Of a stretch of 64,000 bases of DNA, positions 1 through 11,739 are shown piece by piece. The stretch is from Octopus sinensis (Eukaryota). The stretch covers positions 2,480,001-2,544,000 of the forward strand of contig NC_043023.1 of assembly GCF_006345805.1 (NCBI RefSeq). The letters are read 5' to 3'. The notes below the pieces were generated by a model. The model had not been told where the DNA came from, did no database searches, and saw nothing but the letters and a program-made list of their open reading frames with translations. Within the stretch, counting starts at the first letter, position 1. Every line of letters begins with the position of its first letter. Both the position numbers and the translations under genes were made by a program.

Positions 1-715
1 ATTCTTCATTCTTTATTTCCTTATTTCCCTCTTTCTCTCTTACATTTATTGTTTCATTCTTTCTCTTGTTCTTTCATTCTTTCCTTCCTGCTTCATTTTT
101 CCTTTCTTCCTTTCATTTTCCATTCCATCATTTATTTTTTCTTTCTCTTTCTTTCCTTCTTTCTTTCTTCTTACTTTCCTTTCTTTCTTATTGTCTTGTG
201 GTTTTTCCCCCTCAGCAATTTTCTCCATAGCTTTAATCACTCTCTCCCACCCCAATCTGTCTCTCCTTCATTTCGTTTCCAGACCCTAAACCCTAAAACT
301 AACCTTAAAACCTTTCAGCTGTCTTGCTCCTCTCCATGCCATGCCATCCCAGACAAATTGCATCAGATCTTCAAGGTCAGACATTCTAACTCAATGACCA
401 CGACCATGACCACCTCACCCCCACCACTACCACCACCACAACCACCACCACCATCACTACCACCACCACGATCCCCCTCTAACATCAACAACAGCATCAC
501 CACCTACCCCAAGATGACCACCACTGCTAATGTCAATAGCAAGAGTACTGCTATGGCCCAAAACACCAATACCAATCACCATGCTAATACCACTACCACT
601 ACTACAACTCCACCACTTAAAACCATGACCATCACCACTACCATCAACACCAACAATAAGAACACCATCATTAATGCCATCAATACCATTACGTCACACA
701 CACATGCATACACAT
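1..715. repeat. Low-complexity CT-rich tract followed by (CAC/CCA/ACT)n and (CA)n simple repeats
   Basis: Direct composition; the overlapping ORFs are poly-F/S, poly-P/T or poly-K/E. Confidence 0.85.
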
Positions 716-723
716 ACACACAT

Positions 724-1196
724 ATATTTGATGGGTGCCAAGTAAAATCATATTTCTACCTGGCTTTGGGTAGAATTATGATTTTATTTGACATTTTCCC
801 CTCCCAGATTCACACACAGCAGCCCTTCAGTTTTTTTCTAGGCCCTGTATAAAGAACCAGGATGGTTGAGCCTCTTAGAGCCAGGAATTTATCAGAATCC
901 TCTCATCATCATCATCATCATCATCGTTTAGCATCCGTTTTCCATGCTAGCATGGGTTGGATGGTTCAACTGGGGTCTGTGAAGCCAGGAGGCTGCACCA
1001 GACTCCAGTCTGACCTGGCAGTGTTTCTACGGCTGGATGCCCTTCCTAACGCCAACCACTCCGTGAGTGTAGTGGGTGCTTTTTACGTGCCACCGACACA
1101 GGTGCCATATATACTATTATTATTATTATTATTATCAGGTGGGCAATCCAGTCATTCTATAGAGGGCTAGTGGATGAAAAATGAGTACATCACACA

Positions 1197-1236
<40 letters not shown>

Positions 1237-1662
1237 TTGGTGGGTGCTGGAAAGTTCCTGGCTTTGGGTAAAATTATGATTTTATTCAACATATTCCCCT
1301 CCCAGATTCACCCACAGCAGCCCTTCAGTTTTTTCTGGGCCCTGTAAAAATAACCAGGATGGTAGGGCCTCCCACCAGGCTTTTTACAATTCCTTTAGAG
1401 CCAGGAATTTATCAGCACCCACTCATATATATTATTATTATTATCAGGTGGGCAATGTAATCATTCTATTGAGGGCTAGTGGATGAAAATGAGTACATCA
1501 CACACACACACACACACACACACAATCACACATATATTTGATGGGTGCTGAAAAGATCCTGGCTTTGGGTAAAATTAGGATTTTATTCGTCATATTCCCC
1601 TCCCAGATTCACACACAGCAGCCCTTCAGTTTTAGAGCCAGGAATTTATTAGCATCCTCTCA
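724..1662. mobile_element. Three decayed copies of a mariner-type MITE (about 724-905, 1237-1425, 1540-1662) inside a tandem triplication
   Basis: Each copy carries GGGTGCTG-AAAGTTCCTGGCTTTGGGTAAA...CCAGGAATTTATCAGCA, homologous to the intact MITE at 12827-13044. Confidence 0.75.
903..1105 (-). mobile_element. 5'-truncated RTE-like LINE 3' end with (ATG)n tail
   Basis: Same 3' sequence (GGTTGGCGTTAGGAAGGGCATCCAG...CCAACCCATGCTAGCATGGAAA..CGCTAAACGATGATG) as the copies at 20810 and 45126, which retain ORF2 C-terminal remnants. Confidence 0.7.
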
Positions 1663-1995
1663 TCTATATATATAAACAGCAAAATGTCTGTGTGTGTATC
1701 CTTTATACAAATTCACAATTTTTCAGTTAGAGGGCTTGCACTTTCTATGGTCATTAAAAACCGTCCAAGGGTGGTCGTGCTCATCTTTACATTTCCCCAG
1801 TCACCCCACAAATTCATTAAAAAAATCAATAGAAGTGACTTTTTTGTGAATTTTCTATCCAAAACCTAATCAAAATGGCCGAAACTTGATACGCCATTTG
1901 AATGCCAGCTAGCTGTATGTGATTGGTCGGAGATTTGGACAGTACTCACGTGTATGTGCACACCCACGCAGCTGTATATGCAGGCACAAGCACTA
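1663..1995 (+). mobile_element. Putative non-autonomous Helitron-like element
   Basis: Starts a|TCTATATATATAAAC, resembling the Helitron 5' end at 47717; the 3' end is degraded (GCACAAGCACTA|T, no clean CTAG). Confidence 0.45.
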
Positions 1996-2057
1996 TTATT
2001 ATTATCAGGTGGGCAATGCAGTCGTTCTATAGAGGGCTAGTGGAGGAAAAATGAGAT

Positions 2058-2420
2058 GATGTTCTCGGGGAAACTAACTGGTCTGTTTCAGAGAACTTTC
2101 AGGCCTGGGCCTATGGATAACTTCCAGAAATCCCTTGCCTGGCAGTGCTACTGAGGGGCACTGCATATTTTGGATAAACTTTACAGGTATGGAAGTGCTG
2201 TCAGTAGTGTCTGCTTGAGGTACACCCAGAACGATGTAACTGTTTTGCATGCCCTAGTCCAGTGCCAGAGTATTGCTGACCTGTGGATTTATGTCAAACA
2301 CTTGCTGTTATGTGAAGGATGGATCTGGCTATCAGCTGCATCCGTTGTGAAGATTGCCCCGCCTCCCTCTTTTGGCCAGGAGGGGCAGGCAATTTTTATT
2401 TGTCTAGTGGCTGTAGTTTG
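2058..2420 (+). pseudogene. Decayed non-LTR retrotransposon ORF2 C-terminus, Tx1/L1-like zinc-knuckle region
   Basis: Translation ..LDKLYRYGSAVSSVCLRYTQNDVTVLHALVQC.. fits a degenerate C-x2-C-x8-H-x4-C knuckle (second C changed to Y); stop codons upstream. Confidence 0.65.
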
Positions 2421-2670
2421 TTCCTTCTGAAACCACGCCTGGATCATAAGGGCCAGTTTCCCAGTTTCCTTGGCGTATAGGTTCCCCACCTGGATGGGAT
2501 GCCAGTTCGTCGCAGGTGAGCTGCAAGATGCAGGAGGAAAGAGTGAGAGAAAGTTGCGGCGAAAGAGTCAGCAGGAGTTCGCCATTACCTTCTGCCGGAG
2601 CCACGTGGAGCTTAGGTGTTTTGCTCATAAACACACATCTCACCCAGTCTGAGATTTGAACCTGCGATCT
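2405..2670 (-). mobile_element. tRNA-derived SINE family C, tail variant 1 (head truncated)
   Basis: Reverse complement shares the B-box and the core AAAACACCTAAGCTCCACG..GCTCCGGCAG with the copies at 35197, 43967 and 57801. Confidence 0.75.
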
Positions 2671-2966
2671 CTAACAGAAGCCCGTCTCTTTCAGGTTTAG
2701 ATAAGTGAATGGGGAAATAGAGAAAGCTATCTTGGACTTCATGTATTTCTGCATTTGGTGATCTAAGCCTGAAAAAACAATTAGGCACGCTAGGTAAGTG
2801 CTGTAACGGATTACTAGGGCTCTAAGGTGTTAGCCAAGACGGGAGTTATGGAGCCATTGCAGATTTCCAATGTAAAGGATATATAATTGTTAAAGAGAAC
2901 AACAAACATTAAGGCAAAGCAAACATCTCAAGTCATATATAATATTATTATAGGAAGAAATTCAAA

Positions 2967-3022
2967 GTCTTACAGCTGTTTCTGGGATATCCCTGAGTGT
3001 AGGACAGTCCATCATCAGAGAC
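2967..3022 (-). ncRNA. Minimal type-I hammerhead ribozyme motif with intact catalytic core
   Basis: Minus strand reads GUCU CUGAUGA UGGACUGUCC-UACACUCAG-GGAUAUCCCA GAAAC AGCU GUA/AGAC: 4-bp helix I, helix II hairpin, palindromic helix III, GUA cleavage triplet. Confidence 0.75.
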
Positions 3023-3125
3023 AAATTGGGGGAAAAAATAGGGAAAATGAGAATGGTATATATTAAGATGACGACATAGAGGAAGGGAATAAAAGAAGGC
3101 GATGGAGAGAAAGAAGAAAAAAAAA

Positions 3126-3268
3126 GCTGCTAACCAACCACATGGTTCCGGGTTCAGTCCCACTGCGTGGCATCTTGGGCAAGTGTCTTCTGCTATAGCC
3201 CCAGGCCGACCAATGCCTTGTGAGTGGATTTGGTAGACGGAAACTGAAAGAAGCCTGTCGTATATATG

Positions 3269-3299
<31 letters not shown>

Positions 3300-3505
3300 T
3301 TGTGTGTCTGTGTTTGTCCCCCGAGCATTGCTTGACAGCCGATGCTGATGTGTTTACGTCCCCGTCACTTAGCGGTTTGGCAAAAGAGACCGATAGAATA
3401 AGTACTGGGCTTACAAAGAATAAGTCCCGGGGTCGATTTGCTCGACTAAAGGCAGTGCTCTAGCATGGCCGCAGTCAAATGACTGAAACAAGTAAAAGAG
3501 TAAAG
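3126..3505 (+). mobile_element. SINE family A (head-truncated)
   Basis: B-box GGTTCAGTCC, CORE-like CTTGGGCAAGTGTCTT, central (TA/TG)n, 3' hairpin CAGTCAAATGACTG and (AGTAAAAG)n tail. Confidence 0.9.
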
Positions 3506-3859
3506 TGTATAAAAGTTCAACTTTCCAAAGTTATAGAAACCAGAGCATGAGTCCATAGGTGCAATCCTGCGGAGATCCATGTGGGTTAAAATGAATTTAT
3601 ATGCTTCCTTTTTCTTCTTTCTCTCCATCCCCTTATTCTTTTACTCCCTTCTTCTATGTCGTCATCTTAGTTAAGAATGAAGTAGATTGACATGTAATTT
3701 TTGAACCTGTGGAAGGCACGCTCGATGCCGAAATATCGTTGAACCAATTTCACATGATATGGTACTCTTCTATTTATTTGTGTATAACTTCTGGATGAGT
3801 TACCTTCGTCCTATATAGTCTTATCATTATTATCATTATTATTATTATTATTATTATTG

Positions 3860-4323
3860 AGTGAGAGAGCAGTTCATGCCATCAAAGTGACATTGGGGTA
3901 AAATATACGAAGCTCAATATACCCATCATGACTACCCGTCTGATAAGGGGCATGCATCACAACCATATGTGTGTGATATGGTGATCTCATATCACGATAA
4001 ACAGCACATGACCTTGCAGGTGGGGCCCAGTTAGAAATTTCTTCAGGTTGAGTAACCCATCCTGCTCAAACGGTCCCTGAATAAGGGTTGTTTAAGGATG
4101 TTGAAAGAACCACCCATGTTTCCAGAGGTAAGTTATTCAAACCCCAAAGAATCCCTCTCAACACATGGCTATGATACTCCCCCACTACTTCTGCTCGTGA
4201 TCAGAGATGCACATATCGTCAGCCACTAAGGGACATGCTCAACTGGTTATGGTCAAACAACTGACAAGCAAATCTGTGGTATTGAGCAGAATATTTGCTG
4301 TAGCCCATCTTTTATACCAAGAC

Positions 4324-4325
<2 letters not shown>
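3860..4325 (-). mobile_element. Dispersed about 570-bp retroposon-like repeat embedded in (AAT)n; second copy at about 38148-38703 (+)
   Basis: The two copies align in opposite orientation; both are flanked on each side by AAT/ATT repeats. Confidence 0.75.
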
Positions 4326-4357
<32 letters not shown>

Positions 4358-4589
4358 TAGTTTTATTTTTATAGCATGCTTTCACTTCACTACCGAGCGC
4401 AGCTCTGTGTGCCTTGGGTATGTGCTGTAATTTGTTGTGATGCTCTGATGGTTACTGTATTGAAAGTGTTTTGCGTAGGATGTGTGCAGTGCTCAGTAGT
4501 GCAAATTTCTGTATGTTATATGTGTTTGTAAGTCCTAGTGTTTTTGTTATGTATTTGTCTGATATTGAACTGGCAGAATTATTATTATT

Positions 4590-5045
4590 GAGCTGGCACA
4601 TCAGGCAAAATGTTTAGTGGTATTTCATCTGCCACTATGTCCTGAGTTCAAATTCTGCTGAGGTCATCTTTACCTTTCATCCTTTTGAGGTCGATAGATT
4701 AAGTACCCATTGAGTACTGGAGTTGACATAATTGATTTATCCCTCCCCACGAATTCCAGTCCTTGTGCCTATAATACAAGGGATTATTATTATCATTATT
4801 ATTATTATTGTTGTTGTTGTTGTTATTATGGCGGCAAGCAGACAGAATTGTTAACACACTGACAAAATACTTAGAGGTATTTCATCCGTATTTACGTTCT
4901 GAGTTCAAATTCTGCCGTGGTCGAGTTTGCCTTTTATTCTTTTGGGGTCAATAAATTAAATACCAGTGAAACACTGGGGTTGATATAATCAACTAGTCCC
5001 TGCCCCCAAAATTTCAGGCCTTGTGCCTTTATTAGAAAGGATTAT
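4590..5045 (+). mobile_element. Two copies of SINE family B
   Basis: GAGTTCAAATTCTGCC..GGTCGA.TTTGCCTTTCATCC..GGGGTC.ATAAA..AAGTACC core; further copies at about 18590-19000, 21480-21870, 38740-39000, 50120-50285 and 57320-57540 (all minus). Confidence 0.8.
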
Positions 5046-5081
5046 TGTTGTTATTGTTATCATTATTATTATTATTATTAT

Positions 5082-5490
5082 TACTCTTTTACTTGTTTCA
5101 GTCATTTGACTGTGGCCATGCTGGAACACCACCTTTAGTGGAGGAAATCAACCCCAGGACTTATTCCTTGTAAGCCTAGTACTTATTCTATCGGTCTCTT
5201 TTGCCAAACCACTAAGTTACGGGGGACGTAAACACACCAACATCGGTTGTCAAGTGATGTTGGGGGGTAACAAACACAGACACACAAACATACACACACA
5301 CACATATATATACATATACATACATACGACGGGCTTCTTTCAGTTTCCATCTACCAAATCCACTCACAAGGCATTGGTTGGCCCAAGGCTATAGTAGAAG
5401 ACACTCGCGCAAGGTGTCACACAGTGGGATTGAACCCGGAACCACGTGGTTGGTAAGCAACCTACTTACCACACAGCCACTCCTGCACCT
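5082..5490 (-). mobile_element. Full-length SINE family A
   Basis: tRNA-like head AGGTGCAGGAGTGGCTGTGTGG (A-box) ...GGTTCAATCC (B-box), core and tail; flanked by (ATT)n. Confidence 0.92.
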
Positions 5491-5510
5491 ATTATTATTA
5501 TTATTATTAC

Positions 5511-5547
<37 letters not shown>

Positions 5548-5659
5548 GCTGTTGTTATACACCATGTAAAACCACCCACTGATCTCATAATGTAATGTCC
5601 ACTCCCCCCTTATCGGTCATCTTGTCACAGATAAAAGACATCAAAACGAATGTGGTCAG

Positions 5660-5916
5660 TGAAGAGATTGGCTGGAGTTAAAGGAGGCAAGAGAGAGGGG
5701 GAGGTGAGGACAGAGAGAGAGAGAGAAGGGGACTGAGAGAGGGAGAGAGTGGTGTGTGTGTGTGAGAATGTCAGGGAGAGAGAGAGAGAGAGAGAAAGAA
5801 AAAGAGATAGAGTGAGAGAGAGTGTGTGTTTGTATGTGTGTATTTGAGAAAGAGAGGATGAGAGAGTATGCAGTAGAGAGAGTGATAGAGATTATGAGAG
5901 GGAGAAAAAGGTGACA

Positions 5917-5982
<66 letters not shown>

Positions 5983-6874
5983 TTGTGTGTGTGTGTTGGA
6001 GACAGTGAGAAAGTGACAGAATGACAAAGTGAAAGAGAATGAAGAGAGAGAGAGAAAGTGTGTAGGTGATGGATAAAGACAGAGGAATTCAGAGAGAGGG
6101 GGGAATAGAGAAATAGAGAGATAGAGAGAGAGAAATACAGAGCGACAGGAATACAAAGAGAGAGAGAGATGAATAGAGAGGGAGAGAGAGAAATAGTGAA
6201 AGAGGGAGTGTGTGTGTCTGAGACAGAGGGAGGGAGGGAGAGAGGAAATTGGGAAGGGAAAGACAAAGAGAGACAGAGACAGAGATACATGGAGAAAGAG
6301 AGATACCTGGATAGAGAGAGAGCAGAGGGAAAGACAAACAGAGAGAGAGAGAGAGAGAGTGGGGAAACAATGGCTTGATGAAAAGAAAATGTCTAAATCT
6401 GCAGATGTCCATTGTAAAACAAAAGAGAGAGGAAAATGGCTATATTCTTCAAAATGACATTCACTTGCTCTTGGCGATGGTGGTGGTGGTGGTGGTTTTG
6501 TGTGTGTGTGTGTGGTGGGGGTTAGGGTTGGTAAGGATTGTGGGTGTAAGTTTGGTTACAGGTAAACTGTGGTGGCGGTAGTGGAGGTGGTGGTGGTGGT
6601 ATGGAATTAGAAGAAAGTGGTAGGGGAAGGGGAGAAGGAGGAGAAGTGAGAGTGGAAGAAGAATGAGGAAGAGGTGAAGGAAAAGAAGAACTGAATAAAG
6701 AAGAATTAGAAGAGGAATTGAGAAAGAAGAGTTGAAAGAAGAAGAGGAAGAAGAAGAGTTGGGAGGGGGAAGAGGACTGAAAGAAGAAGAAGGAAAGAAC
6801 AAAAAGAAGAAAGAAGGAGGAGGAGGTGAAGGAAAAGAAGAAATAGAAGAGGAATTGAGAAAGAAGAATTGAAT

Positions 6875-6906
<32 letters not shown>

Positions 6907-8950
6907 AGAGGAAGGAGAGTTGGGAGGACTGAAAGAAGAAGGAAAGAAGAATTAGAAGAGGAATTGATAAAGAAGAAGAGGAAGGAGAGTTGGGAGGACT
7001 GAAAGAAGAAGGAAAGAAGAACAAAAAGAAGAAAGGTGGAGGAGGATGTGAAGGAAAAGAAGAAGAACTGAATAAAGAAGAAATAGAAGAGGAATTGAAA
7101 AAGAAGAATTGAATGAAGAAGAGGAAGAAGAAGAAGAGGAAGAAGAAGAGTTGGGAGGGGAGGAGGAGGAGAACTGAAAAAGAAGGAAAGAAGAACAAAA
7201 AAGAGAAGGAGGTGAAGGAAAAGAATTAGAAGGGGAATTGAGAAAGAAGAATTGAATGAAGAAGGAGAAAGAGAGTTGGGAGGCAGAGGGGGAGAGGAAT
7301 TGAAAGCTTAAGAACTGGATGAAGGAAAGGATAAAGGCTTCCAAGAATCCCACCATGACCACCACCACCAATTCAAAACCGTTCAATACATTCCATTGTT
7401 TTCCTGCAGACACCATCTTGGTTAATTTACCAAAACAGAGTGACGGAAAACAGTGGTCAGTTTGGGATTGCAAGGGGGGGGGAGGGGGGGGGAGAATGAG
7501 TGATGAGGTGTTGGTGGTGGTGGCAGTGGTGGTGTTGGTGGTGGTGTTGGTGGTAGTGGTGGTGGTGGTGATGTAGGCTGCTAATGGTGGTAGTGGTGAT
7601 GGGGATAGTTGTGGTGGCAGTGGTGATGGTTGTAGTAGTGGTAGTGGTGGTGGTGGTAGTGGTGGTGTATGCTGATTGTGTTAGTGGTGGTGGTGGCAGT
7701 GTTGGTGTATGCTGATGGTGTTGGTGGTAGTGGTGGTGGTGGTGATGTAGGCTGCTAATGGTGGTAGTGGTGATGGGGATAGTTGTGGTGGCAGTGGTGA
7801 TGGTTGTAGTAGTGGTAGTGGTGGTGGTGGTAGTGGTGGTGTATGCTGATGGTGTTAGTGGTGGTGGTGACGGTGGTGGTGGTGGTGGTGGTGATGGCAG
7901 TGATGATGGTGTTAGTGGTGGTGGTGGTGATGTGGGCTGTTGATGGTGATGGTGGTGATGGTGATGGTGATGGTAGTGGTGGAGGTGGTGTGGTGGTGGC
8001 AGTGGTGGTGATGGCAGTGATGATGGTGGTAGTGATGGTTGTGGAGGAGCTGCTGGTGTATGCTAATGGTGGCGGTGGTGATGGTAGTGGTGGTGATGGT
8101 AGTGGTGGTGGTGGTGGTGGTGGAAATTATATTTTGTGCCCCCATGACTGTCCGCAAACAGGAAGTTTGTTGACTGACCGATAAATGGATAAATGATTAT
8201 TGTGGCTTAGGATGTCTCTCTGGACATGGGTCACTCAGGGATGGTGGGGGTTGGGGTGGTGGTGGTGGTGGTCAGAATGGAAGAGCTGGACAAAGAAAAA
8301 GGAGTAAAAAATGACTGAGGATGGTGATGAGGTGGAGAAGGATGGAGATGATGATGAGGATGATGGAGGAGGAAACAATAAATGCTGATGATGATGATGA
8401 TGATGATTTTGATGATGATAATGAAGAAGATGTAGAGGGAGAAAAAGATGAAGATGGTAATAACGATGATGACAGTAATGATGATGATGATTATTATTAT
8501 GAAAAAGAAAGTGAAAAATGCTGCCTCTGCTGCTGCAGCTGATGATCACAATGGTGATGATGATGATGGTGGTGGTGATGATGGTGATGGTGATGGTGGT
8601 GATGATGGTGGTGATGATGATGATGGTGGTAGTGATGGTGATGATGATGATGGTGATGGTGGTGATGATAATGATGGTGGTGATGATAATGATGATGATG
8701 GTAGTGATGGTGATATGATGATGATGGTAATGGTGGTGATGATAATGATGGTGATGGTGGTGATGATAGTGGTGATGATGATGGTGGTGATGATGATAGT
8801 GATAATGAAAAAGAAGAAATTAGAAAATACCTACGTGATGATTATTGTTATTATGATGGTGATGACGATGATGATGATGGTGAAGAAGAAGGGAAATGAA
8901 GAGGAGAAGGACAATACAGAACTGGAAGAAGAATAAGAAAGAAGAAAACG
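5660..8950. repeat. Strand-biased simple-repeat block: (GA)n, (GT)n, GAA-rich complex repeats, (GGT)n, (GAT)n
   Basis: Direct composition; includes internal duplications such as 7568-7675 and 7742-7850. Confidence 0.9.
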
Positions 8951-9719
8951 AAGAAGAAGACGGAGAAGAAGAAAGGTAATGGTTACAAATGGTAACAGAG
9001 GAGATGATGACAGACAACAAACTACAAAAAGAAAACATAACAAAGAAAAGCAATCAAAAGAATATGAACAACAACAACAACAACTATGCTGTCCGGCTGG
9101 CTGGTTGGCTAACTGACCACTGTCCAGGTGGTCAGTTAGACTGAGCATATAGGTGTGGGAGGGAAAATACATATATATATATGTAGCTAAAATTTTCTTC
9201 ACTCTCCTATATATATATATGTGTCTGTATATATATATTTGTGTATATATATATGTATTCACCCCATTATTGTCCATTCCAAAACAGGAAGTTTGTCAAC
9301 TTGGCCACACATAGAGTAAGTAATCCTGATATGCTGCGGAAATGGATGGTTATTTAGCGATGGTGGGCACAGGGAGATTGGTTTTGACAAAAGATGACAT
9401 ACTTGCTGGGGTTTTGGATGGGTGAGAGTGGGGGGCGGTGGGGTGGGAGGTAGAGGAATGGGGAAGGTGATGTGATGGTGGTGGTGGTGGTTCTTGGTTT
9501 TATTTTGGGGTTGACATTTCTGAGTGTTGTACAAAAATGAGGGGGTGATGTGTGTGAATGGGAATGGGGGAGGGTTATTGTTAAGGTGGGGATGAAAGAA
9601 AATGTGGAGAGAAAGAGATGGAAGAGGGGAGATTAGTGTTTGCTTTGTGTATGTGTGTATATATATATATATGTGTGTGTGTATGTATATATATATATAT
9701 ATGTATGTAATTGTATGTG

Positions 9720-9779
<60 letters not shown>

Positions 9780-9853
9780 ATATATATTATATATATATAT
9801 GTGTGTATGTATATATATATATATGTATGTATATGTGTGTGATTGTATGTGTG

Positions 9854-9895
<42 letters not shown>

Positions 9896-9911
9896 TCTTT
9901 ATATATACATC

Positions 9912-10430
9912 TCATCATCATTATCATCATTTAACATCCGTTTACCATGCTGGCATGGGTTGGATGGTTTGACTGAGGTCTGGAAAACCAGATGGCTGTA
10001 CCAGGCTCCAATCTGATCTGGCAAGGTTTCTACAGCTAGATATCCTTCCTAATACCAACCAGAGACCGTTGTCGGTGCCTTTTACATGTCACCGGCACAG
10101 GAGCCACTCAGATGGGCCTGGCATTGATCATGTTTGGATAGTGATTTTTATGTGGCACCAGCACGGGGGCCAGTCAGGGGTTACTGGCATCGGCAACATT
10201 TGATTGGTGCTTTTTATATGCCACTGATACAAGAGCCAGTCAGATGGACCTGGCATCGACCACGTTCAGATGGTGCTTTTTACATGCCACTGGCATGGGA
10301 GCCAGTCAGCGGGGCACTAACCACAGCTACGATATTGATTTTACTCATCTCAACAGGTCTTCTTAACTGTGCTGGACATGCATGACTGCAATCTCAGTTT
10401 AGTTGCCGTGTCGCTTGTTAACCAGGGCTG
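9912..10430 (-). mobile_element. RTE-like LINE 3' end with degenerate UTR repeats
   Basis: (CAT)n tail, shared terminal sequence, and AAGAAGACCTGTTGAG ORF-end remnant matching 45470-45490. Confidence 0.7.
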
Positions 10431-11102
10431 CTTCATATTGATGTACAAGCACCATTTTTCATTGCCAGTAATGATTCGGTAAAGAAATTGTAGCTTGTGT
10501 CTATGAGTCGAGCAGTGACGAGCAAGCAAACCAATGGAGATTGTGGCTCGTTGATTTTTGTTGTTGTCACTTAAAGCATGCGGGACCCATGCTCCATACT
10601 TCTGAACCTTTCTCATCGAGTGAAGATGCTTCCCTATAGCAGTGTGGGAGCATTCCATTTTCTCTGCCAGTTCCCTTGTTTGATGAGGATTTTCATGCAA
10701 AAGTTGGTTTAATCGCTCTTCATCGAACTCAGCTGGACGGCCAGAAGGAGGTGCGTCTTTGAGGTCAAAATTTCCATTTTTGAACTTGGCATACCAATCA
10801 TGAGTGGTTCTTTCAGCTATAGCACCCTCTCCATACACAGCAAAAAGTTGCAAGCAGCTTTTGCGGCCTTAGAACCTTGATTAAAAGCAAAAAGAAGGAG
10901 GTATTGAAAATGCTCGTTTATTATAACTTGACATTCCAATTTAATGATCTGAAAATAAGCAAAAATTAACTAAAATTAACTAGAAAAAAAACATTCCAAA
11001 ATGATTCAAAAACAGAATTCTCGAAAAAATAGATTCTAAAATTTAAAAACGCAATAAATTCCATAATTTAAAGAAATGGTGGGGGCTTAGCTGCCAACCC
11101 AA
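10431..11102 (-). pseudogene. Mariner transposase remnant (left TIR plus N-terminal half)
   Basis: TA-ATTGGGTTGGCAGCTAAG end; translation has the HTH region ..WYAKFKNGNFDLKDAPPSGRP.., WVPHAL and RIITGNEKW motifs; frameshifted and truncated. Confidence 0.9.
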
Positions 11103-11739
11103 TAGATGGTTGTATGGTTAAGAACTTTGCAGCCATGCAGTTTTGGGTTCAGTCCCACTGTGTAGCACCATGGAGAAATATCTTCTACAATAGCCATAGG
11201 CTGACCAAAGCCTTACTCTTTTACTTGTTTCAGTCATTTGACTGTGGCCATGCTGGAGCACTGCTTTAATTCGAACAAATCAACACCAGGACTTATTCTA
11301 TGTAAGCCTAGTCCTTATTCTGTTGGCCTCTTTTTCCAAACTACTTAGTTATGGGGAACATAAACACACCAACATCAGTTGTCAAGCAATAGTGTGGGGA
11401 TAAACACAGACATACAAACAGGAAAATGCCTCCTGTATTTGAACACTATACAAATATTCTTTTAAAAAAACTTTTCTTTTAATTTTTCTAAATTTAGTTA
11501 TTTAATCGTTACAGTTGAAAAGGTCTCAAATGACAGAAACTGGTACTGAAATGTTCTTTATAAAATTATTTTAGCATTTTCTATCTTGACTTGTTTTTTC
11601 ATATACATATATATATATATACATACAATGGGCTTCTTTTAGTTTCCATTTACCAAATCCACTCAGATGGTTGGCCTGAGGCTATATTAGAAGACACTGG
11701 CCCAAGGAGCCATGCAGTGGGACTGAACTTCATGAAAAA

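Noticed and set aside
49-852. 267-aa ORF
   Set aside because: Built from CT-rich and CAC/ACT repeats and ends inside a MITE
5400-5490. tRNA genes at SINE heads (also 35197, 57801, 63860)
   Set aside because: A and B boxes are present but run directly into SINE bodies, with no complete cloverleaf or terminator
8321-8936. Acidic or Met/Val-rich ORFs
   Set aside because: (GAT/GGT)n repeat; no splice or domain support
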